Below are positions 12,915 through 26,877 of a stretch of 63,550 nucleotides of DNA, piece by piece; position 1 is the first letter of the stretch, and every line of letters begins with the position of its first letter. The notes under the pieces were generated by a model, which saw only the letters and a list, made by a program, of their open reading frames with translations, had not been told where the DNA came from and searched no databases. Source of the DNA: Octopus bimaculoides (lineage: Eukaryota); assembly GCF_001194135.2 (NCBI RefSeq), contig NC_068981.1, forward strand, positions 56,825,725 through 56,889,274. Reading direction: 5' to 3'. The translations under genes were made by a program, and so were the position numbers.

Positions 12915-13835
12915 TGTGTGTGTGTGTGTGTTTGTGTTTGTTTGTGTGTGTGCTTATATGTAGATATACATATATAGGCATCTACGTATATACACATACA
13001 TGTATATGCACATTTCCCCTTGTTCTGGTCTAATGAGCCTCAATGTTTCTTTCCGTTTGGGTTTCTTTGTATGTCTCCACTCTCCTGTTTTTCGTTCCCA
13101 ACTTTGACCATCGATAAATCTCAAATTTTATTTTGGAATTTATGGGGGGCAACAGTCTTCCAAGACTCATATTGTCATTGAGTGCTTGATATGAGGACTA
13201 GATAGACAGCCGACAACTGATGAAGGGCCATTCTCTGTGTTTACTTGTCCTGTTTTCCATTTTCCCCTCTCGTTGTTTGCGTTTTTAAATTTGTTTTGTT
13301 TTCGGCGACGACAACGGAATCGCAACATTTCCAATTCTCAGTCATAACACATGACAATTCCCCCCAGGCCTCTGAGATAAGCTCATATATTGCTCCGAAG
13401 CTCCGTGTATTGTCTTTTTCTGAGGAGGAAAGGAGAGAAATGTGTCGAAACTATAGAAATATCTCTTTACATTCTGAGATGTGTAGCACTCTATATGTAC
13501 GCGTTTGTATGTAAGCAAATGTACTAACACACATGTCAACTCATACATAGATAGGCATACGCACATATAAGTCCATGTATGTATATGTAAATGCACACAG
13601 CACAGCGGTTACAACAAACGATCAGACGTAAAGTAACTCTTTTTCAAAAAGAATCAACAGCAACGATTACCCGCCATGAGCACTATGTGTACCCTACGTT
13701 TGCAAGAACACTGTGGATCCCGAATCATTGTTCCACACACATGCGCGCTCAGCCCCAGATGATAGCATCAAGAATTTCATCACTGGTAACGATAAACGAT
13801 TGAGAAGAAATGCGTTTAATATATGCGTAATTATA

Positions 13836-14335
13836 AAGCGGAAAGCTGGCAGAATCGCTAGCACGCTTGGACGTTTCGTCCACCTTGAGCAGCATTTCGT
13901 CCCCACCTAGTAGCATTTCGTCCCCACCTAGTAATATTTCGTCCCCATTAGTTGCAAATTCCGTCGAGGTCCACTTAGCTTTTCATCGTTTGGGGGGGGG
14001 GGTCGATAAAATAAGTACCAGTTGTTCACTGGAGTCGATGTAATCGACCCATTCCTTACCTCCAAAATTGTTGCCCTTGTGGCAAAATTTTAAACAAAAT
14101 TATTATTAGTAGTAGTAAGGCTGCGAGCTGACAGAATCGTTAGCACACTGGACGAAATGCTTAGCGGTATTTCGCCCGTCGCTATATTCTGAGTTCAATT
14201 TCCGCCGAGGTCGACTTTGCCTATCATCCTTTATGGGTTGTTAAAATAAGTATCTATTGAGCACTGGGATCGATGTAAGCGACTATCCCTTTCCGCAAAA
14301 ATTTCGAGTCTTGTGCCTATAGTAGAAAGGATTAT
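13836..14335 (+). mobile_element. Two head-to-tail copies of tRNA-derived SINE family B
   Basis: gagctg(g/a)cagaatcgttagcac head, gttcaa(a/t)ttccgccgaggtcgactttgc B-box region, gtcgataaaataagtaccag..gatgtaatcgac core; copies at ~13836-14100 and ~14117-14335. Confidence 0.85.
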
Positions 14336-14350
14336 TATTATTATTATTAT

Positions 14351-14389
<39 letters not shown>

Positions 14390-14410
14390 CAGCAGCAGCA
14401 GCAGCGGCAG
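14331..14410. repeat. Compound trinucleotide microsatellite (ATT)n-(AGT)n-(AGC)n
   Basis: Seen directly. Confidence 0.95.
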
Positions 14411-14419
14411 CAGTAATAG

Positions 14420-14765
14420 TGGTAGAAGCGCAATGAGCTTGCAGAATCTTTAACATGGCGCAGGAGTGGCTGTGTGGCAAGTAACTTCCTTACCAACCGC
14501 ATGGTTCTGGGTTCAGTCCCACTGCGTGGCACCTTGGTCAAGTGTCTTCTACTATAGCCTTATGAATGGATTTGGTAGACGGAAACTGAAAGAAGCCCGT
14601 CATAAATGTTTAGCAGCATTTCTTTCGGCTTCACATTCTGAGTTCAAATTCTGCTGAGGTTAACTTTGCTTTTCCTCCTTAAGTATAAGTTGCGTACGGA
14701 AGTCGATGTAATCGACTAGCCCCTTTCCCCGAAATTTCAGCCCTTGTGCCTATAGCAGAAAGGAA
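14420..14765 (+). mobile_element. SINE family B copy with a SINE family A segment (14461-14602) nested in its head
   Basis: The family B head gagcttgcagaatctttaacatggcgc is interrupted by aggagtggctgtgtgg...gaaagaagcccgtc, then resumes at aaatgtttagcagcatttc. Confidence 0.75.
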
Positions 14766-14918
14766 TATATGCGTAGATATATGCGTAATATATTCGTTGG
14801 TTTATATATACGTGTCGATATATGTGTTTTCTGATATATTGGTACGTATTTTTGACATAGTTTATTGACAGTATTAATATTAATTTATATTAAAATATAT
14901 TCTTAGATTTATGATGAA

Positions 14919-15002
14919 TGCTGCAGAGCAAGTGCTGCAGAGCAAGTGCTGCAGAGCAAGTGCTGCAGAGCAAGTGCTGCAGAGCAAGTGCTACAGAGCA
15001 AA
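14919..15002. repeat. 14-bp minisatellite (TGCTGCAGAGCAAG) x6
   Basis: Five perfect units plus one variant unit, counted directly. Confidence 0.95.
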
Positions 15003-15744
15003 AGATAAGCTTCCAGCAAGCTGAGAGAGTAACATAGCACGTTCATTCTATTGTCGATGCTATTTCCCTTAATTCATAGCGCTGATGTTTATATGTGAAA
15101 AACGTGTAAGCTACCATTTCCCCAAATTCCTCGTTCACAATGTAAAGCTTGCATGCTGGAAGGAAAGTAAACCAGTATAGTTGCATATATTAAATGAGAA
15201 AATGTCTACAGAAAATAACACATGACAAAGTGATATATACAAGAATTTATCACACCATTCTGAAGTTTTTGATGTGTTTCTGTTCTACCAATATCTAGCC
15301 AAATGTAGCTCATCATTACCTTTCGAGTACAGAAACCGATATACAAAGAATGAGTGCGTACCAGTCCTGTATGATATCTAACTTCATGCTTAAACTCATT
15401 TCATTCACAGAATTAGAGACAAGAAACCTTTATGGTTCATAAACTAGATAATTGATTTATTAATAAGACTGGCTTTTCAAGTCTAATTGCTTGTATTTAT
15501 TGATCATGAATGCTTTTCAAAAACTATACAAGCTGAATGGTATTTTTTTAAATTACATTTATAAATTGACCATGTTTCAAAAACAATATAGCATTATATT
15601 TTAAAAGTTACGTCTCTTAATATTCTTCAGTCCGAATCACATCGAGTAAGGCGTTGTCTTTCCTATTCTCGGGGTCGACAAAGTAGCACTCAGTTAGTTG
15701 ATTGCTCCATGTGAATCCTGAACAAACCAATAAAAGAAACGCCT

Positions 15745-15850
15745 CAAATATGACCATTTTGTCTTTTCAGGAGTACATTATCCAACGTTTTGGTCAGATT
15801 TGAGGAAGTTTAGGTTGCTGCGTCTAACAAGTCGAGCAACTTCATAAAAT
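15745..15850 (+). repeat. Unclassified interspersed repeat (related copies at ~50795-50910 + and ~61240-61380 -)
   Basis: Shared tttcagga..ttatcc.ac...gattt..gaa...agtcgag..ac..cata scaffold; weak similarity judged by eye. Confidence 0.35.
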
Positions 15851-16739
15851 TCCTGTCTGCTGTCAATAAAATGTAAACTGCATTCGCTCAAACATATCCC
15901 TGACCCCAGGGAGATTTTTACCAGGAGATGATATGTTGTCTAACGAGATTTATGAGCAGGTTTCTTAATTCATATAAACCTTATAAACCATAAAAGTGAA
16001 ACTCCACTTTTCCCCCTGAATCCAAACCATTCCGAGTTTCGGATACAGAAAACTCTATACCGCTAAACTTAACGGATTGTTTACCTAGTTGGCTATCTGC
16101 ATCGGCCCGAACGATTGAACAGGAATCTACTTAACCCGTAAATCCATGATATCGAACTGAGGGAAATTCATTAAGTACACGGCCGTGGCGATGCCACCAA
16201 ATCTTGTCACCCACGATAAGAGCATTCTCTACCGAAGTTCAATGTTATGATATCCAGGGTGATGTTCTGTTTGAATTATTTTTTTTTTATTACTGTACAC
16301 TGAACATTGTAATATTGTAATTCATCTTTTTAATTTTTCATGTTTTTCTTTCTCATTTATTTATTGTACACTCTGAAATTGCGTATTCCGGGATGCTAAA
16401 ATTATGAATACTAAAATTTTGTATTACAATATTTGAATTGTTTGAACATTGTAATTTACACTTTTTATTTTGTGTTTGTTATCCGCGTTAAGTGTCTGCA
16501 AACGTCATACCTTCGACCTGGTATTATGATATATTTCATCGTATTATTTTAAGATACTGAAAATATATTGTGCAGCTAGTACATCGCAGTAAGCAGGGTA
16601 AACTAGAAACTGCCTGACCTAAACTGTGTAACATGCTTTTGGCAGTGTATTTCCGATATCTTTCATATATTTGATATTTAGATTTTATTTTGGTATGGTT
16701 CACATCAAGCTTATACACTCTCGCTCCCATACTAGTTCC

Positions 16740-17900
16740 TTTCACCAAACATGTTGAAGGTTTGTCATGTTTCTGTGCTTCATCTTCCCATCACTTTAAG
16801 TTCTCTCGACAATGACTACTGCGCTTCAGTCTAATAGTAATTCTCATTTGTAAGAACTGATTTGACATTACCAAGCAAACAACATTCCCTTTCATTTCGC
16901 CCTTGTTTTTTCTGCCTTTTCAGTTGACTCACGGCTAAGCCTGGTATGAACTGTGGCGCGTTAATATAAAGTCTGCAGTTATTAACGATGCTCCATTCGA
17001 GAGTGTGTTACATTTGATGGTGTGATAGCATTGTGCTTTTCTTTGTTTCCGCGCTCGAAAGAAAACTCTTTTTGATGTTTCTTTCGCAGAGTTAATATAT
17101 TTTTCTTTCAGCTTATTTATTTGATAAAACAGAGCTGACCTTGTCTTCCTAGATGACAGAACTAACTATGTATGCTTGGTCCAATGTCTACATTCCTACT
17201 GTTGCAGTTTGGATGGCTTACATGAATTGAAACTTTTCATATTAAGGCCGCAGCTGTCGGAAACTTTCACCGAACGCCTTTTGAAGATTTTTCTCTTGGT
17301 TATGACCATCGGGGAAGTGTTTAACTATCAACGCTAGGAATTTTTTCACCTACGTTTGTCCTAGCATTCAAAAAATAGAGGGGGAACGAACCATATAACT
17401 CATCTGGGACCATTTTTTAGGCTTGCTTCTTCTTTGGCTCGGAGTGTAGGTTATCTTCTCTTTAAAGCTACTGTCGGCTTGTGCAGAATTATTGTAGGGG
17501 GATACCTGATCAAAAATTTCTTTTGAGAAAGAAAGACTAGATATCCTATCACCAAACTATAAGACTTTTAGTTAATATTAGAGATAGAATCTCTAGCCTG
17601 ACTAACTCTAAAGAAATTCTCAATAAAGCAGACTCCTATTGGAAGATGCTCACTCTCCAGATTAGATACACAATACTTTAGTCTTTCCGTCATCTGACTA
17701 TCCCGATCACTAAGTATAGATTTTTTTTTATTAAGATAGACACTCAGCCCTAACAATATTCTTCGTTTAACAGGATAAATGGACGTAACATTTATCCCCC
17801 TTTCCCTTACAAGGTTTGATAACGTTTTCTTTTCATTCTCTTTTTTTTCTCGATATTTTTCTGGCATTTCCTCACGGAGAAACCGTGTTATTTGAGTCTG
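16740..17900 (-). mobile_element. Highly degenerate Penelope-like element (RT thumb to GIY-YIG C-terminus)
   Basis: Frame-hopping minus translation: ISSLSFSKEIFDQVSPY..FKEKITY, IWFVPP..NVG.KFLALIVKHFPDGH..KIFKRRSVKVSDSCGLNMKS; matches the conserved WFNPP/KHFP/VKVSYSC block of Penelope-like elements. Confidence 0.7.
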
Positions 17901-18029
17901 AATAATTACCAGCGCTTGCACGGTATGCTATATAAGCTTGTACGATTACCGCTTTATCCAAACATAAAACTTGAAGTAGCTCATGCATAATTCCTATATT
18001 TATTAAGTGATATATACATAATACATACA

Positions 18030-18059
18030 CACATGCACACACACACACACGCACACACA

Positions 18060-18108
<49 letters not shown>

Positions 18109-18141
18109 TATATATATATATATATAAACATAATTATAAAC

Positions 18142-18174
<33 letters not shown>

Positions 18175-18280
18175 TGTGTGCATGTACGTGGACATATGTC
18201 TCTGTGTGTTTATACTTGTGTATCAAATGTGCATGTCTATAAGTATGTGTGTATGTATGTATGTATGTATGTACATATAC
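18030..18280. repeat. (CA)n/(TA)n/(TATG)n microsatellites
   Basis: Seen directly. Confidence 0.9.
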
Positions 18281-19293
18281 ATGTATATATTTTATTAGTG
18301 TATATGTCTTTGAGTTAGGAAATTGGGGAAAGAAAACAGAAAATTAGTGGAATAGATTATCAGGGAAAGTTTTACACAAATTTACTGAAACACCAACTTA
18401 TTCACTTGCAATCTCTGTGTGCATTTCTGTTTGTTCCTCTCTCTCTCTCCCTTTCTCTCTCTCCCTCTCTGTATCAAAGCCCGTCTTTTCTCATTCAATC
18501 GTTACCATAAACTCCCTTTCCTCTCTCTGTAGGCCTTGCTTTTTTTCTTTTCTTTTCTTTGTCTATAAATCTATATTTTCCCTCCCAATTCCTTTTCTCT
18601 CCCCTTCTTTCGACTCCCTCTTTCTAGCTCTCACTCCCCACTGCTCTTACTTTCTCTCACTGATTTAGTCTCTATTTCAATTTCTCTCTCATTCTCACTC
18701 CCTGTCTTGTTGTAAATTATTTAAATTCTTCACCAAAGATATTTGCTCTCCCATACAGCAATGGCATCAGTTAAGATATATCAATTATTTTTGATGTTCC
18801 TTGGCAAAACCACTGGACACTGGCCATTAATTCACTCTATCCTCCCCTACCATTCCCTGCTTTCCTTCCCTATCTCGGCTCTGTTTCTTCCTTTTTTCTC
18901 TTTCATTCAGACTCTACCCACAAATATCACGACTCTGGAGAAATCCACGCAACAAAAACATTTGCAAGCGTAGATAAAGCAGGATAAAAATTTAATTCGT
19001 TGCTATTTCAGAACCGTGTGAGAAGGTTCAATAGAATTCGCAGTTTTCATACATGTATATATGCTGCACACACACACTCACACATATATATATGTGCATT
19101 GTGTGCGTGTGCATAGGGACAAACATATTATTGGGTTGTGGGTGCACACACATTAAACAGTCACCCACTTATACAATTACATACACAAAAATTCTTATAT
19201 ACATAATATTTCTATAATTTTTTTTATACATTCACACATTCTCTTTGTGTTCATGTGTGTGTATTTATGCATGTATCAATGTGCTTACTTATA

Positions 19294-19608
<315 letters not shown>

Positions 19609-20109
19609 GTATGGTTTTTCCCTCTCGTTTACACACATGCGCGTACACACAGACGCGCACACACATTACATACGTTAATACATATATACTAACACTAAAA
19701 CATACATACTACATATACATATGCACTTCTAAATCATCTCACACGTGCAAATAGAAGGTGGGAGTATCTGTGGGACATAAAGTCATTGATGAAGAGTTAT
19801 ATTAATGAATATAGTATATGTAAACATTTCTATTCTCTCCGGGAAGGAATTTTCTGGGCTAAAACGAGAGATCATGAGATCAACGATTAAAGATCACAAT
19901 TTCTGCTCTTGTTTCAATCTCATCATCTCCAGTGTGGCCCGTGTTTCATGGACTCACGTTTAGTAATAAACATTTAATAAAATCGTAAGTACAGACAGCA
20001 GCTGGCGAAATAGGCAAACTTTTTGCCGAAAGTTTGCAGTGGATTGCGAAAACGAGCATGTTTCTATTGATTATTAATATTGGCACACGACCATAAAAGG
20101 AAAATGCAG

Positions 20110-20400
20110 TTGATTATATAGAATCCAGTATATTATTGATACTTATTTTATCAACCCTGGAAGAATGAATTAAATAGTCGACTTTAGCGTAATTTGAATT
20201 CAGAATGCAAAAGGTTGTAGAAACTTTGCTCGTCGCTTTATCTTTCCTACTTATCAACCGAACTAAACAGAGTATATCACTTTTACTTTCATTGGCAACA
20301 AAAGGGAATAATATTTGACCGAAGTCGATAAGGTACTCAGCTTTCACTATCAGCGTTGTGTCCGCAGCCAAAAGACTTTTAGCAGGTCTTTCGCCATTTA
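20110..20400 (-). mobile_element. Possible piggyBac-like transposase remnant
   Basis: ORF 20114-20371 ILCLVRL..KDK..TFCILNSNYAKVDYL loosely resembles the piggyBac YNxTKGGVD region; weak. Confidence 0.25.
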
Positions 20401-22127
20401 TTCTTTATTGGTAGTACACTATACTAAGAAGGCTTCGATTGAAGACGAGAATGACCACACGAATATTTATTTGAGTTTCATATACTGTATTTAACCCGAG
20501 ACATTTCTATTTACGTGTGTTCAAATATTTGATCTAATGAAACCACATTTATGATATTATCTAGCATGTTGTATATTATTGTGAAAATTAAGTCATACTT
20601 ATTGAAGACAGATTAAGTAGAAAGAGTTGGAACTACTGCATCTAAGTAATGTGTGCACGATTCGACATGACAACCCAAGATCAGAACCTACTGGCGAACA
20701 TATCACAAGCATGTTAAGTTTCAAAAAGTAGAAGAGGGAGAAAGAGTATCTCACTGGGCAGAGCTCATGACTCCATGTAGACTACTGGATGACTCTGGTC
20801 TGAGGTTGAATTCGCTGGCGTTTTATGTCAGTAAGCAAAAGTTTTAGAACTTTCGATCAAGCTGTTTGGTGGGGGGGGGGCTTGCATAATTCCTTTTCAA
20901 TTCACTGCATCAACCATAACATGTGAGCTAATGCTGACTGGTTAAGCCAATATTTTCAAAGGCTTTAATGCCTTTTACGGTGACAAATTGCTTTCTATGG
21001 TCCTAAATAGACCATGTTCTAGAACTGTGAAACCTGAGAGCAATGAGTCAATTCTCAGCAATCATAGAAGTAATACAACTCGCCGCTAAAGCATCGGTAA
21101 ACTATGTATTTACCGAGTCTTTACAAAGACTGCATTGACTCTAGGGAAAATTGCTTTTCACACACTATATTATTAAGAAGATTCTAATGATGCCGCAAAA
21201 ACATACGCTATACGAATTGCTGATACGGAATCTGACATTGAAGCATATTTGTTGTATGCATGTGTACCGTAAATTAATCATTTACGGAAAGATTTTAAAA
21301 AATTTATAATAGGGTATTTTTTCAATAGTTTATTATTTTATATTTTGTCTTTTTGATTGAATAATCAAGAATTTAGTGTAAATTTCATTATTTCAATAGC
21401 GCACAGCTGCTCAGAAGGGCAGGTTCTTAGTGACAGTTTCATAGTATTAAGTGGATAAGAGATAAAAGTCCCTCGCCATGAGATGCCAGTATATTGCAGA
21501 GAATATTCCAAAAACTCACTGCTATTTCCGATAGCTTTGTGAACTGATGCGCGAATAGCTAATTTCACCGCCCAAAGATAAAACGAAGCATATGCAAGGA
21601 ATCTCACGTCAGGACTTTTGATTGGGTAATCCAGACTTGGCCATTTCACTCCTATATAGCTTGCTAATGGAAGTTGTAACTCGTTCACCGTAAAACTCCA
21701 CACTAAGAAATAAAGATGTGATTTTGTTCTTAATAATGAAAATAACAGTACAAACAAAAAATGGGAATGAGTTGCTTTAAGCTTATCCATAAGGTTTGTA
21801 CATTCGGTACGTACATTCGGATTCAGAAAATAATTCCATCTCAATATTTACTATAAAAAGTCCTCGAGTGCAAAATATTGGAATTCAGTTTTCCAGCTGA
21901 CTTAAATACTAATTAGCAAATATTGCACTGTGTAAAGAATCTGTTCTACTTGGTTTTCAACGGGGAACGGAAAGTTTTCTGCTTGTAGGAAAAGGTAGTG
22001 AGTTAATGTACATCGATAACATAAATTATTAAATATTATCGTGATAGCTTAGACAGGTAGAATGGCCTATACTTCGAATTAGCTGTAAAATTTCTGTTTC
22101 AGTAGTCTTGTATGTAGACTGTCTAAA

Positions 22128-22515
22128 GTTATTCAGTGCCAATCTTTTATCTTTTATTTGTTTTGGTCATTGGACTGCGGCCATGCTGGTGCACTGTCTT
22201 GAAGGGTTTAGTCATACAAATCGAGCTGAGTACTTTTTTGTAAGTCTGATACTTTTTCTATTGTTCACATTAACCGAACCGCTAAGTTACAGGGAGGTAA
22301 ACTAAAAGCAGCAGTTGCCAAGCGGTTGTGTATACATATATGTATCTATATATATACAACAGACTTCTTTCAGTTTCCGCCCACCTAATCCACTCACAAA
22401 ACTTTGGTCGGCCCGAGGCTAAAGCAGAAAAAATTCACCCAAGATGCCACGCAGTGTGACTGAACTCGGAACCATGTGGCTGCAAATTAACTTCTTACCA
22501 TACAGCCATACCGCC
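22128..22515 (-). mobile_element. Near-full-length tRNA-derived SINE family A with an internal (TA)n tract
   Basis: Reverse complement gives the family A head, gaaactgaaagaagtc, a (TA)-rich linker, gtaacttagcggttcgg, and the cagcatggccgcagtc...aaataaaaga tail. The same tail recurs at ~12410-12470. Confidence 0.8.
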
Positions 22516-25500
22516 TCCTAAGGATATTTTTTTCTAGTGGATATTAACGTAGCAATATGTGACGGCAGTAAAACATTCACCAAAGTTTCAGTTTAGTTTG
22601 ATGGTCTTGTTTTTACTGTCTGTTGGGTTACAAACAATGGCTTCTGGTTGAAACTCTTATTGTACTTCACTTCTTATCATCGAAATTTTACGAATTTATA
22701 AAAAGAATGTGATGAGTTCCTTGGAGTTATCTTAGCAGATAAAGTACAGATTTTTTATGAATCTATGACCTACATTTTGGTTATTCATGATTTTACTGGG
22801 CAAGACACTTATTCTACTTTCCTACAAATCTTAACAGGTACCAATTCGTTTGAAATTGTCAAAATATTATGGATATCATGAATATATTCCTTGCAAAGGG
22901 ATATATTTATTGCTCTTCATAGAGCGTAAGTGGAATACCGGCCGTACCAAGTTTATTCTTTTAGTTCTTAATGATGTCCTGGTGTTACATGGATTTTCAA
23001 AGTCTTAAGTATCTGTGCATAGTAAAGCAACAAAATTTTATATGGTTACCAATAAACATAAAATACAGTTTATAAAGATAACATAAATACACAATCATGT
23101 GAGAAGTTTAAATGAAAAATACATTTGCTTCAGAGTTGATATTTAGTAGCAGCGAATTATGGATGAAATTTGTTTGAATATATTCACCTGTTGTTTTCTT
23201 ATATATTTTATATTTTATACAAGTAATTTATTATAACATAAGATTATAGCAGGAATCTATTTAAATATATTTAAATATCGGTATTTAAACCAATAATTGA
23301 TTTGCTAGAATTAAACTATTATTATACCATTTCATATTATCAAATGGGATTTTAAAAAGGAACAGTGTGTATTTATAGGTTTCATACCAGCAATTCAATA
23401 TTGTATACCAGCAATTTCATATTTTTTTAACGGTATCAGTTCGATGTTTCTTTACACTATACAACACTTAATACTAATATCGTAGTCGATACAAGTAAAA
23501 TGATGGCTGCGTATCAAGACTGAACCTGTCCCTTAATTAGTATATTCCTCTAGAGTGCAATCTTATATTTCAAGATGACATCTCAATCATTTAATTTACA
23601 TTCAATTTATTTGGATAGGAATTTTCCGCATAAACATGTTAAATGTGTTTTATTAATTTCACTTGGCATTTTTCATAATCCATTTTATTGGTTTTCTTTT
23701 TTAACGAAGATTTAACATTTAGACAGTCACAGATGACTTTATATTATGTATTTATGCCAAAGCTTTCTAAATGAAACACAGGATGATCAAAACGACTCTT
23801 CCTGTCAAACTTTAACTGTTCCTAGCTCATAGTTGCGGTGCGTTGGAATGTCATATTCCCTCTGTATATATCCTTTGACGTCATTGGATCAACACAATGG
23901 GGCCAAGGGAGATATCAAGCAACGTTTCCCCATCCATCAATAACGATACACAGTGTAGCTAAAAGGTCATCAAACCCAACTGGGGAAATTGAAGGGACTA
24001 ACCCAATGCGATCAGTGGCATAACCTTTTAGACATGATATCTGAGCCAGCATAAGTTTACACAGTTCGCTATCTGAAGCCAAACCTCCGCCATACTGTTA
24101 TGCTCGTCCCGATTTGTTGAAGGATATAAAATTAATCTTTATTTTTGTTTCGTCTTTTTCGTCATCTGCCCTACTTCTTCGTCTCTTGTTAATAGTAACA
24201 TGATTTCCATGTATGTTATTTGAGAATGTACAAGTAATTTTTTTAGCATTTTGTTTCCACCTGACTTTCACTTTACATTGTTCACGCTGCTAACAGTACA
24301 CTCAGGCATTTAATAGTCAGATTTTATTTCGGAATATTTCATTTGTAGATATTTACTAACAAATTACGCAGCGTTTAAAGTAACCTACAATGTAAATTGA
24401 ACCGAGCGACAAGTTCAAGTAATCATAGCTGTGACCAGATATTTAATATCGATTATTTAAAAGTGATTAATTCGGGGTCAACGAAGCTCGTTCAATGTCA
24501 GTCCATTCGGTCAGAAATCAAAATATTCGTTTCGAATAACAGTCCCACAGTTCCTGTGATTTCCTAACAGAAAACTTACGTAGTTTTTAGCATAATAACT
24601 TCGAATTTGATACTATCTATTGAGAACATTTATTCAGTTCTTTAATATAATCATTACTTTTCCAATAAATTTTTAGGCAGTGTCACAAATAATAAATTCT
24701 ACATTCCTGGTGAAAAGTAGCAATTTTATGACTTCCATCTGAAATAAAGATGGACATAAATTAAGGTAAACAAATCCATTTCGGAATATCGTGGCTGAAC
24801 TTCAAACTATATTAATATAACATTATTAAGGTTTCGATTTAAGAGAAGTGATTATATTTTCTTACTAACTCTCGAATATAACCTTACAAACACACACAAA
24901 CAGATCACTCATTTACATACATACAAAATGCACACAAATAACTGCATACATGCACAGAGAACTACATACATACACATGAACAAACACATACACACATATG
25001 CACCCATATATTTGTTAGTTACTAGTAAGGACACAATATTTCGTTTTGCAACCATAATATACAACCATGTATATTAAAGGTTTATAAATCAATATTTTCT
25101 CTTACTTTTTGTGTTAGCAGTGCAATATTCTCATTTTTAAGTGATAAATTATAGATTTTTTATAGAATTCAGAACCAGTACTCTAAGTTACGAGGTTTCA
25201 TATACGAATACGTCATAACTTACAGTGCTAGCTCTGAAATCTACAGAAAATAAATAGTTCACCTCATATTTATATGCAGTGATCGGGATCCTAAATGCCG
25301 TAGACGGAAAATTGTAAATTATCAAAATTTTTCTCAAAGACAGAGACGGTAAACAAAAAACTTAACAGCGAGAAATAGGGACTCAGAATGAGAATTGAAG
25401 ATGCACCAGCGAAGCAGACGGAGACATTTGACGGATGCAAAAACAAGGTGTATAGGTCTGTTTTGAAGAAATGCTTACGGTCCAAAAATTAACTGATATA

Positions 25501-26796
25501 ATAGCAACAAAGCAGCATGATGGCACGGTCCAACGTAGACTATCCCTCATTATCTACTTCACTAAGCCTTAGAAAGGCAATAGTTGGGTGGATACATGAA
25601 AAGATGTATTTAAATATGTTGGGAACAGGGAGGCATATGAGGTACATGAATGACTTCACAGTAAATCCAGCAAAGGCGACGTGCCGTAGGTTTGTAGCTA
25701 TATCTACAATGATCTACTTCGCTGACATTGAATTCAGAATTATAAAAGAGCAATGAACTGCAATGAACATTTTGCCATATACAGAGCAGAGTGGGGTGTA
25801 AAAGAAAGATAGAAGTTCAAAGCAAATAGCTAGTCCTCAACAAGGAGTAAAACAGAATATTCACTGTATTATTAGTATTTTCTATAGCTATGCCTAGTTC
25901 GGTACGATAACTGCATGGATTATAGAAGGAAGAAAAGTGTGCTGTAATGTGTGTCAAAAGACACTAGGCATTCCTTGTTAACCTTAATACCGCTCGGTAG
26001 AATTGGTGTCGTTGACAATGTCGGGAATGTGATTAGCAATCCAGTTGTCAGTTACTGAGAAGAATATATCAGCGATCGAGCTCTTGATAGAATATATTAT
26101 ACATAATACTAATATATATATATATCAAAGAAGTATTATTACCGTTATGAATAATAATAATAATGATAATAATAAGGTAGCTAGCAAATTTGCATCTTTA
26201 CAGGTAAAATATAAATTAAATTCAGATACAGCAGGGTATTTAAATATCACTTGCTATAAACAAGTGCCATTGTTCCAAAACCACCAAATACTCACTATTA
26301 AAATACACACATGCAATGCAACGAATACAGCAGAAACAGGCTTACCTTAAGTGGAATACAGAAGTAGGGAATGTGTATATTTCAATATCAATTGATTTCG
26401 CCCTCTGTATAAAAAAAAAAGCCATACCCTGAGCTCCTCAATTGAAAATAACACTTTTAACGTCTATTTCCGAAATATTCATCACATTATCTCGTGTGCG
26501 TTCTTTACTTTAAACGTCCCCGCGACATTCAAAACAAAAAGTATAGTGAGCCACTTTTACGTCACTTGACCATTTAACATCCTACTACTATCATATCACC
26601 CGCATTCCCTTATTATTCTCTCTTTCGTCTTCTTCCTCTCCGCCACCTCCTTCCTTACTTTACTACTATTGCTGTTTAGAATAACACCGACGCAAATATT
26701 GTAAACAATACATTCAAAAGAGATGTCTACCGTCCACAAGTCACTTTCAGGGCACTTGACCATTTTACATCCTACTACTATCATGGCACTCCCGCA

Positions 26797-26877
26797 TTCT
26801 TCTTCTTCTTCTTCTTCTTCTTCTTCTTCGTCGTCGTCTTTTTCTTCTTCTTCTTCTTCTTCTTCTCCTTCTTCTTC
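26797..26877. repeat. (CTT)n microsatellite
   Basis: Seen directly. Confidence 0.95.

Noticed and set aside
13200-13260. Hammerhead ribozyme at ctgatga (Penelope pLTR hallmark); also looked near 48440, 56157 and 58258
   Set aside because: No intact CUGAUGA-stem II-GAAA core could be assembled by eye; an Infernal search would be needed to exclude degenerate copies.
14919-15002. CRISPR-like array
   Set aside because: Contiguous tandem units with no spacers, in eukaryotic DNA with no cas genes.
16536-16748. 70-aa ORF with a basic stretch suggesting a receptor loop
   Set aside because: It lies just past the Penelope-like 3' end, with no recognisable domain or splice context.
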